From Tubulanus polymorphus (taxonomy: Eukaryota > Animalia > Nemertea), in assembly GCF_964204645.1 (NCBI RefSeq), contig NC_134030.1, forward strand, positions 21,846,210 through 21,910,209: 64,000 bases of DNA, given 5' to 3'. Below the pieces are notes generated by a model. It saw nothing but the letters and a program-made list of their open reading frames with translations, was not told the origin of the DNA and made no database searches. Both the position numbers and the translations under genes were made by a program. This document shows, piece by piece, positions 1 through 11,600 of the stretch. Numbering within the stretch: the first letter of the stretch is position 1; each line of letters starts with the position of its first letter.

Positions 1-55
1 TTAAATGATCTGATTTTTATGTTTTGAATAATAATTGTTTGTTCTGTTTGAATAG

Positions 56-2651
56 GAGATGAAATTGACAGTGAAACAAATACAACTGAACTGACAAAAA
101 TAGGTGAATATCAATACAACAACTTAATATTTCCAGATTAACAAAAATTATTTCGAATTTTGCGTTGAATTCATTGAAGATCGAAATTCATCAATGTGAT
201 CAGATCTTTAGAGGCATCTGTTTTGGTTCATGGGTTACACAGTATTATCAGTTGAATTCTCGGCTCAAAATCAATCATAGCTTGAAAAAATCACGTTTAG
301 AGTGTAAAATTAAGAGGTGTTTGAAAATCGTCACTCTTTGGTTACATTTTGTATAGATGTGAAAATTTATTTATTATTCATTTGTTCGTTTATAGTTGAT
401 GATTGTTTGGGTGAATGCATTAAAACAATGAGTGATAAATGGAACACTGGTGAGTACCCCTCATATGGTGGCTGATAAGGGCCATGAAAATATTTCCTGA
501 CCAAAAATTATTTCGTCATGAAAAATAATATTCCATCGAAAAATGTTCGTAAGTAAAAATAATTTCGTTGTGAAAAATAAATTCTCATCAAAAATATTCA
601 TACGCTAAAATAATTTTATTAATAATCGCCTCCTAAATATAGGCGTGAGTAAAAATAATTCCGCTATGAAAAATAAATTGCCTTCCTTCAAAATATATTC
701 CTAAAAATAATTGTGGGTTTTTCCGCTAGTGCACGCGTGCGCGCACGCGCTAGTCGCTAGTCACCCCTGATCTAGCCCTAAGTATAGTATAGTGGTACAC
801 ACTGTGTGCATAATATACTTAAACTACACGGGGGACATACCGCACAGCTCTCATTTACACATGAATCAGGGTACTACGGTAGAGCTTTGGTTTATTTTTA
901 TCCTGAAATTTTTTGATGAGTCCTTGTGAACTAACTTTAGGAAGGGTGGGATGGTGGTGATGTCGTTGGGTCCATGTGAACAGAAATTATGTGGAGGCAT
1001 TTAAATGAGGCTATTCAGAGTTGAAACAAACTGCAAAGTGAACAAGGTTAAGCGACAGTTTTCTATGAGGTTTAATTTCATGTTTTGTTATTTCTAGGCG
1101 ATTTTAAGAACCGCAAGATGATTGTAGGGAAAGGTAAATATTCCGTATATAATTCCCTTAGAACCGGTTCTATAGTCATCATTACAATTGAGACCAGTCT
1201 AAGACGGTCTCGGTTCAATAAACAACTAGAACCAGTCGTAAGATTTAAGACGAATTTTGGATTCAATTTTCGATTATGGAGCCGGCCACTGGTTATATCA
1301 ATGAAAAACCAATTTCATTATGAAAATCTGTTTGATTTTCTATCCATTTATATTTCAGCGAGTCCAGAAGAGATAAGTGAGTTCTGAGATTAGTAGAATT
1401 TATTTTAGATTTTCACTATTTTGATCTATAAAGTGATTGTTATGTATCCAGTGACAGGTATCTGTGTGAACTGGTGACCAAAATCACAAATGATTAATTA
1501 ATTGTCTTCACTAAAATAGAAACCAGTTGTCAATATCATCCCATGGTGGACCTAAAACCTTAAGTCGCACTTATCTGTTTATCAGACAGTTGTAGTCAGC
1601 GCTTGCCTCTGATTTTGTGGAACCAGTGAATAATAGTGACGTCGAATTACAAGTCACACTAGTTTGTTTAAGTCAGTGATTTTCTATATTGATAGATTCT
1701 AAACTACATGAATTAGCCGATAAAGAGTTTGAAGATAGGAAAGGTACTGTACACATAACAAAGTGTGAATTTCAACATGTTTTATGTTTAAAATCTTATT
1801 GATGTTTATTATCAATGTTTATTACAGTCGGTGAATTTAATCAAATAAAGACACCTGATGATCAAATAAAGACACAAGATGCATCATTCGAACGCGTAAA
1901 AACACCTGAAGAAATATTGCCTCTAACACTGGATATACCGGCACAACTCAGCACCGGTAAGTGACTACACTGAAACTGCATGTTTGAATTTGAATTCAAT
2001 ACAGTAAACTCTGCCTGGAATAAACTGTTATTATTTCACCGAGTTGAGAATCAGGCAAATCCTTTTATCAAAAAACTTTCAGTATTTTCAAAATGTTAAG
2101 ATTCCATTTAAATTTCTGTAGATTTAGATTCAGCTGGACGAGATGCAGTTATTCTGCCGGATCAAGCAGGTATTGTATAAGTTAAGTCTGTAAAAAACTT
2201 AAGGTAACCCGTCACTGCTCTCATAACGCCAACATATTTCAGGGAACAAATGCCGCAAATCTAAATTCAATGGAAATACCATTCTTTATAAAGCCACATA
2301 TTTCATCGGTGCCAACAGTGGTATTATGAAAGACTTTTTCTGTGATAACAAAATTTTCAAAGGTTTTTTATGCCTGAAATATTCTGCGACTGATCTTTGT
2401 CCCTGAAAGGACGAATAATTCTGCTAAGTTCTTGAAAATCCTTTAACTGCTCGTTAGGAATACCAGAAAATGCTCTTCTATCATATGCCGGATTTTGAGG
2501 AACAGACCCTGAAAATGGTGTTCTAATCCTGGTTTACTTTTCTTTTGTATGTCCAGGAGAAGAGAATGTCTTTTAGTAATAATAATAATTAATAATATTA
2601 ATAATAATTAATAATATTAACAATAATAATAATAATAATAATAGTGATGAT

Positions 2652-2693
<42 letters not shown>

Positions 2694-5600
2694 TATTTAA
2701 AGCGACAACAGTTTTAAATTCAGAAACCACACTCAATGAATCCTGTGTTTGCTGTTTTTATATGAATTTCAGTGGAATATTTCAAGGATGAATTCATCAG
2801 CGCAATACAATCTGATGAATTATTGAAAACTGCGACTCAAACTGCTTTAGATAACAGTAAGTTACATCATTCTACAGTAAACTACATTTATATCTACAGT
2901 AAACTACATTTATATCTACAGTAAACTACATTTAATACATCTACAATCAACAATTATATATTCATTCACTAAGATTGTCGATTCTTAAAAATGTTTTTCC
3001 TTTTTTAAGAATCAAGCGAAATCAACAATTTGCTGAAGAGAGAAAACTGGAAAGGTAAATTGTTTGATGAAATGTGTGTAAAATGTTTATTTTTACGAAT
3101 CAAAAATGAATGTTTTAAGATCCGCAAATGACTGGTTTATTTCAATCATTGCAATGAATTCAAATTGACAGCTGATTTTACTGTGTAAAACAATTTAAAG
3201 ATTTTCTTCTATTTTCAGTTAATGGAATTTATAATGATGTGAAATCCAGAATACAATCAATGTCTACAGGTTTGTAGTTCAAACGATTCACTATCAATTC
3301 TTGCATTAAATTGAAACCGTATCTTGTGGGGCAAGCGCCCTTTTGTGACCCATATCATATCATATCATTGTATCATAAATAATGCATCATATATCAGCCG
3401 GTATATACACTTGTATAACGGTTTATTCCCATTTCGCCGCTCATTTATTCCAATTTGGCCTTTTTCCCAATCCACCCCTTTCCCATTTTGCCCCTTTCCT
3501 ATTTCGCCCCTTTGTTCACATTTTTGCCCCTTTTTGTACATTTTCAAAGAAGCTTAGTTTAATTTAAGCAATGTTACATGATTATGCTAATTGTGCCCTC
3601 AGTCATTTAGTTAATTTGAATATCAATCAATAACACAAAAAGGTCCAAGGTGGGAAGGGAGCAAAATAAGAAAATTGGCAGGGCCGAAAAAATGGGATGG
3701 GTGAAATAGAAAAAGAGGCCAATCGGGAAGGGGCGAAATTGGAACACATTTTATATCAAGTCAACACGCTCACACACTCGCACGCATGCACGCACACACG
3801 CACGCATGCACGCATGCATGCATGCGAATCCAGGTTAAAATACCAGAAGTAAAAAATGCCAGAGGAAAAATCCCACCATAGGTAAAAATGCTAGAGGTAA
3901 AAATGCCAGACGGAAATATGAGGAAAATTAAGTGAAGAATTAACCAATATTGGACCTGATATTATATACACTAGATTTTACATAATGAATGCACAGTTTA
4001 CATAACATATTCCTATGATCATAAAATTCAAAAAAATGAATGACAAATTTATGAAATAAAGAGAATCACAAATTTATGAAATAAAGTCTGACATAAGCAA
4101 GAAATTCATTGGAATCATTAATAATATTCTTATTTGGACGAGATGATATTAAGATACAACACATTTTTAGATCATTGGAAATTAGAAAATTAATGCGCAT
4201 TTTCTTATATGATTGAAATCAAAAAGTAAAAATAGTCATGATATAACGCATTTCTAGATTAATGAATATTAACGAATTCAAATGAATGCACTGAGTTTAT
4301 ATTTCGAATGCACAGTTCAGATAAAGCATATTTCTAGGCATAATGATAATTATTAATTAGGTAAGATAATTAAATTCAAAATTTTTAGATGAGTTAGTTT
4401 GCTGTTTTTCATAACATCAAAACAACAATTCGATGAATAGTTTTTAAGTTTTGATACACTTGTTTCTTATAATCATTAAATCAATTTAACCTTCTGGCAT
4501 TATTTCCTCTGGCATTTTTACCTCTAGCATTTTTACACCCCTGACATTTTTACCTCTAGCATTTTTACTTCATTATTACAGCATTATTACCTTCAATTTT
4601 ACTGCATTATTACCGCGTACCCACTCACGCACAGGTCCTTTATCATATCATGCTATGTCATTTATTTTCCATCACGGATTGATTTATTGCTGAATTTACA
4701 TTTTATTTCTATTTGTGATTTCAGAGAAATTAAATGGACGAGTAATCGTAGCTTATAGAAGTGAGTAGTTTGTTCATAAATTCCACAGTTTTGAGTTACC
4801 TTAACCTATAAACTCCTAAGACTAGACTCCTAACACTAGACTCCAAACCCTTAAACTCCTAACCCTTAAACTCCTAACAATTAAACTCATAGCTCTAGAC
4901 TCCTAACACTAGACTCCTAACACTAAACTCCTGACCCTTTCACTCCTAAAAATTAAACTCATAACCCGAAACTCCTAACACTAGACTCCTGACACTAGAC
5001 TCCTAACACTAAACTCCTAACATTAGACTCCTAACACTAGACTCCTAACACTAGACTCCTAACACTATACTCCTAACACTAGACTCCTAACACTAAACTC
5101 CTAACACTAAACTCCTAACACTAGACTCCTAACACTAGACTCCTAACATTAGACTCCTAACACTAGACTCCTAACACTAGACTCCTAACACTAGACTCCT
5201 AACACTAGACTCATAACACTAGACTCCTAACACTAGACTCCTAACACTAGACTCCTGACACTAGACTCCTAACACTAGACTCCTAACACTAAACTCCTAA
5301 CACTAAACTCCTAACACTAAACTCCTAACACTAGACTCCTAACACTAGACTCCTAACATTAGACTCCTAACACTAGACTCCTAACACTAGACTCCTAACA
5401 CTAGACTCCTAACACTAGACTCATAACACTAGACTCCTAACACTAGACTCCTAACACTAGACTCCTGACACTAGACTCCTAACACTAGACCCCTAACACT
5501 AGACTCCTAACACAAGACTCCTAACACTAGACTCCTAACACTAGACTCATAACACTAGACTCATAACACTAGACTCCTGACACTAAACTCCTAACACTAG

Positions 5601-8600
5601 ACTCCTGACACTAGACTCCTAACACTAAACTCCTGACCCTTACACTCCTAAAAATTAAACTCATAACCCGAAACTCCTAACACTAGACTCCTGACACTAG
5701 ACTCCTAACACTAAACTCCTAACATTAGACTCCTAACACTAGACTCCTAACACTAGACTCCTAACATTAGACTCCTAACACTAAACTCCTAACACTAGAC
5801 TCCTAACACTAGACTCCTAACACTAGACTCCTAACACAAGACTCCTAACACTAGACCCCTAACACTAGAATCCTAACACTAGAATCCTAACACTAGACTC
5901 CTGACACTAGACTCCTGACACTAGACTCCTAACACTAGACACCTAACACTAGACCCCTAACACTAGACTCCTAACACTAGACTCCTAACACTAGACTCCT
6001 AACACTAGACCCCTAACACTAGACTCCTAACACTAGACTCCTAACACTAGACTCCTAACACTAGACTCCTGACACTAGACTCCTGACACTAGACTCCTGA
6101 CACTAGAATCCTGACACTAGACCCCTAACACTAGACCCTTAACACTAGACTCCTAACACTAGACTCCTAACACTAAACTCCTAACACTAGACTCCTAACA
6201 CTAGACTCCTAACACTAGACTCATAACACTAGACTCCTAACACTAAACTCCTAACACTAAACTCCTGACACTAGACTCCTGACACTAGACTCCTAACACT
6301 AAACTCCTAACATTAGACTCCTAACACTAGACTCCTAACACTAGACTCCTAACACTAGACTCCTAACACTAGACTCCTAACACTAGACTCCTGACACTAG
6401 ACTCCTGACACTAGACTCCTAACACTAGACTCCTGACACTAGACTCCTGACACTAGACTCCTGACACTAGACTCCTGACACTAGACTCCTGACACTAGAC
6501 TCCTAACACTAGACTCCTAACACTAGACTCATAACACTAGACTCCTGACACTAGACTCCTGACACTAGACTCCTGACACTAGACTCCTAACACTAGACTC
6601 CTGACACTAGACTCCTGACACTAGACTCCTGACACTAGACTCCTGACACTAGACTCCTGACACTAGACTCCTGACACTAGACTCCTAACACTAGACTCCT
6701 AACACTAGACTCCTAACACTAGACTCCTAACACTAGACTCCTAACACTAAACTCCTAACACTAGACCCCTAACACTAGACCCCTAACACTAGACCCCTAA
6801 CACTAAACTCCTAACACTAGACTCCTAACACTAGACTCCTTACACTAGACTCCTAACACTAGACTCCTAACACTAGACTCCTAACACTAGACTCCTAACA
6901 CTTAACTCCTAACCCCAAGATCCTTTGCTGAGACTAAATTCAGCAATAAATAAAAATGATATTTATTTCTAAAAATCGCTTCACATCATGAAAATATCTC
7001 GAAGCTTTTAACCTGAAACATTGAAATGTTACAATATATCAAAAATATCAAATATCAAAAATAAGGTATAGAAATAAAGTAAAACATTGAATGACGATAT
7101 AATGAACAATGATTACAATTACTTAGGAAATAAAAAGAATTTAGAATTGAATAAAACATCAACAGAAATAAATACTCATGTAACAGAAATTTGTTTAAAG
7201 TATTTTTTGAAAGATGAGAAAAGTGTTTAGTTTTCATTATATTCTATAAATAATTAAGTTATATAATGAGTTTTTTTAGATTTAGATTTAAATCAAAAGA
7301 TGTGAGAATTATATAGTTAAAGTGAACCGTATGAATTGACCTGTTTATATCTACTCAATGTTTATATATGAATTATTGTTTTTCCTGTTTTTCAGTAAAA
7401 GATGAAACAGCGAGTAAGTACTGAGAACTGAATCGTTAAACTCTGTCTTGATATTTCCTGCTTTCAATAATACTGGTTCTTAGTAGCTCTAAATCCAGTG
7501 AAACTGCTCAAAGGGCTTTACACTGAAATGCTTTCTTAAGAAATAAACATTTTAAAGGCCGCCTGAATTTATAAATGGAAAGAACATCCCGTGGGCTGAC
7601 TTGACTGAAGGCTAGGCCCCTTATCAATCTTCAATATTTTGGGTTGTTTAGAACCTGTACAGTCAATTTTCATTCTCCGGTTTAACTCAATCGACTAAAT
7701 TTTAGGATGTGAAAGAAGATCATGTTTCATTCTCCCTGCAGTAAATATATTGTGTTTATTCTGTTTCAGTGAATCACATCAAACCAATTATTGCAAACAG
7801 AATCCAAACGGAATTTAAAGGTGAATACATTGTGTTGACTGAGAGACGTACGGGCGAAGGTCGACTGTTTTCTGTAGGAAGATATGTGACGCCATAGGCG
7901 AAGTATAGATATTTCACAATATCAGTCAATGTCACGGTAGTTTCTAATCAACATGTCTAATTATAGATTCACTAGTGACTGTTTTAAAAGAGAAACGTAA
8001 AAAGGCTAGCAGTACTGCGTTATCAAAATACTGGAAGTATGATATATCTCGCGCATGTAAGTTTATCAGTTTTTGATCTCTAATTGAATTCTATTGTCAC
8101 TCTGATATGATATGTCACAAGTTATAATCATAAGTATCTACAATTTCATATCGAAATGTTCAAAATATTTCATATCTCTTACTTCATAAAATACTTATTA
8201 ACTATCAAAATATAACAATAACAATGTAATATGATTTTACTAAATATGTTATTAATATGGGCTTTTATCGTAATCAACATGTCAGACTAGTCATAACGTA
8301 TTCATAGTAATTAACTCCAGTCAATCCTCATCAATAATGAATTTGTGTCTCTCAAACATATCGTTAGTTTGTGATTCCTGTTGGCTACAACTTGTCTGAC
8401 ACCTCTCCCTCCATACACATGATTCTGTTTAATAAAGACTATGTAAAGTTATGATAATCATTCACATTGTGGGATGCAATACAGATAGTACATATAAGGT
8501 TTAACTGCCTGTTCCTGATGGATGGAGTTCTGTACCGCTGGTGTAAATGCTAGCCCCCCCCCCCCCCCCACCCAGCCTACCTGCCGATACAACAACCAGC

Positions 8601-11600
8601 CGGTTACACTATTGTATAAAAACTTGTCTATTGTTTATTACATATAGTGTCTGAACTCAGTGAATTTACCAGTAAAACTTTAAAGACAAACACAGATTAT
8701 TGGAGACAAGTCAAAGAATGTTTCGGTAAATAATAAATTCTTGTTTCACTTCTGATTTTTTTAATGGTCTGACTTTCAGGTTTTGAATAATAATTGTTTG
8801 TTCTGTTTGAATAGGAGATGAAATTAACAGTGAAACAAATACAAATGAACTGACAGAAATAGGTGAATATCAATACAATAACAACTTATTATTCAAATAA
8901 ACAAAATGTGTTGTTGAATTCCAGAAGATAAAATTCATCAATGTTTTCAGATCTTTAGAGGCATCTGTTTTGATTCAGAGCCATGTTCTAAGTTTGAAAG
9001 TCACATTTTTTATCTCTGTGAATGTTTATTTTATTTAATCATTTTTTTCAGTTGATGAGTGTATGGGTAAATGTACTAAAACAATATGGGATGAATGGAA
9101 TGCTGGTGAGTACCCCTCATGAGTACCCTTCACGAGAACCATATATTACTAGTAGACTCAAAATGCAAGTCGTAATTTCAGTACCTGGGTACAAACTACT
9201 GGAAGTTAAGCCAGTAGTTTGTACCCAGATATGTGATCAGTGAAGTGAGTACAGATATATATATATATATATATGAGTACAGATATATATATATAATTGA
9301 TGTGAAACTGGCCCTTTCTTGTGCGGCAGCCGCCGCACAAGGAAGGGCCAGTTTCACATCAATTTTACTTAATAAAAGTTGTCATAAGCAACTGATAGTT
9401 AATTTTCTTCGTGGGACTGACCCCAGTAAACATTCAATAGTATTCATAATCAATCTGATAATAGTGTATATGTAGGATACATTATCTATTGTCAACCTGA
9501 CGACATAGTTTGCATAAATGGCGCAATAGAGGTATTCCAGGTTTCAAATAGTTGTTTTAGATTTTCAAGGCTTGAGATATTAAAAAGTTACGCGGGAGTA
9601 GGTGATCTTTTACTTCCGCATGTGCGAGGCATTCTAGCTGGGCATGGCGTTAATCGCCTAAGATTTGCATATTGCACTCATCACATTCGGCCATGCCACA
9701 GCCTTCCAATATATGTTTCATGCTAAACAACCATATGTAATCATTAACCTCTCCTGCGACTGTAAACATTACATAATACATTTTACTAGACAGGGATCTC
9801 TTATTTTCGGCGATAATTCGGGGTAGAGTGGTTTAGTCGTAGTATTCATTTACAAGAAGTTAGATGATTTTTTCAATACAGCTAATCCCCAAATTTCGCA
9901 AGCATATGATAAAATCGGTTTTACAAGTGCGTCAAAAAGATGGAAAGACGCGTCGTCCCCAAACCTATTTCTTGTGGATTTTTCTAAAACGTGGAATTGA
10001 GCCTTTGCACCACTGTCGGCTTACGTTTTGCGGCATTTGACAAAAGTTCCAGTATGGTTAAATATAACGCCAAGGTCCTTAAACTGGTCGACTATTTCGA
10101 TTTCACCATTTGCTAAGTGAAAATTGAGGAAATATGGAAGTCTTAGAATGCCGGTTTCAAGTCGAGGACACGGAAATTATTGAAATATAATAAACATTCG
10201 TGTGATGTTGATATATAATCTATAACAAGCTTAACAGCTCCTTTTAAGCAGGTAAAATCACCACCAGTTGCTTTATCGTCTCCAACTCGACCATCAGCAA
10301 TAGATAAGGCGTGATTCATTCTGTAACCATAATTATTGATACCACCAGTGTCACGGTTAAACATGTCTAAAATAGTATGCGCTCTGAGACGGTCGACAGC
10401 TTCATTCAGTTTGTCAAACAGACCGTCAACATTTAATTGATTGTCGCCATCGAGAAAAAGATATTGTAGTGTTCTTAGACACATTAGTAACTATCTTCAT
10501 CACTATGGAAAAAAGGTATCGATCTAAATCATCAAACAAACCAGCATGGCCGTATATTCTTCAGGTTCGGGGCTGAAATAAACGCCGCAAATGATAACGT
10601 CTTGTTGCACAGTTGAATTCTAGTTTTACCCATAGACATACATCACTTGTCTCGGTTTTCAATATGAATTTAGCATATTAGTTCTTAACAAAGATTACGG
10701 TTCCGCCCGATCTGCGCACTACGGTTGTTTTATTCACGCGTTAAAGCCTAGGCTTTCCGCAAAATTTGACACCCAGGGTCCAGTTACAGTGATGAGTTAG
10801 AGTTAACTCTTTGTTAAGATTAGTTCATTTTCAATCAGTTAACGCTGGGTCAAATCTTAACTCAGAACTGTGGAACTGGGTCCAGAAATCCAGTGTTTTC
10901 CACCTTTGTTTCGGTTAACACATGAGTACCAAATAGAAACCCTCAACTGAGTACCCGGCCCTGGTACCTGAATTATGTAATTTCAATTCAGAGATCAAGT
11001 TTAACAAGTTTTTGTGAACTTATATTTCATGTTTCAACATTTTAGACGATTTTAAAAACCGAAAGATGATTGTAGAGACAGGTGAATATTGTGTAGCTCT
11101 GATATTCAGCCTAGTATTGCCCCCTGGTGACTGTATGAGAAGTAACTATTCTGTTATTTGTATTTTAGACGAGATTGTTGATGAGATAAAACGCGCACAT
11201 TTTCAAACTCCCGAATTTATAAGTAAGTTTCCAATAAAATCAGAACCTGTTTTAACAACCAGAACTCAAATATTAATATCTGTATGTATTGTATTATTAT
11301 TTATAGGATCAGTTGAGACTGCAGTGAATGAAGCTATCCAGAATTCAGGTAATTAAATATTCATCATAAGTTCGAATTCTGTGTTTGAATTGAGCTCAGT
11401 TTGGCTGAAGGTGTATTGTTTTATTGTGCCGGCTTTCATTATGTTTACAGGGAAATCGAAACATAACAAAAAACCAGACTATGAAGCTGCAGGTTTGTAA
11501 AATATTTCTACAATCAAACAATAACATTTTCTCATTTGACTGATGTAGTTAAGATGTGATCACTCCCTGATGACCACTAGGATGTGATCACTCCCTGATG

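Noticed and set aside
4810-6912. Interstitial telomere (TTAGG-like on the minus strand)
   Set aside because: The period is 14 bp, not 5-6, and the seed is ordinary intron sequence present in paralogs.
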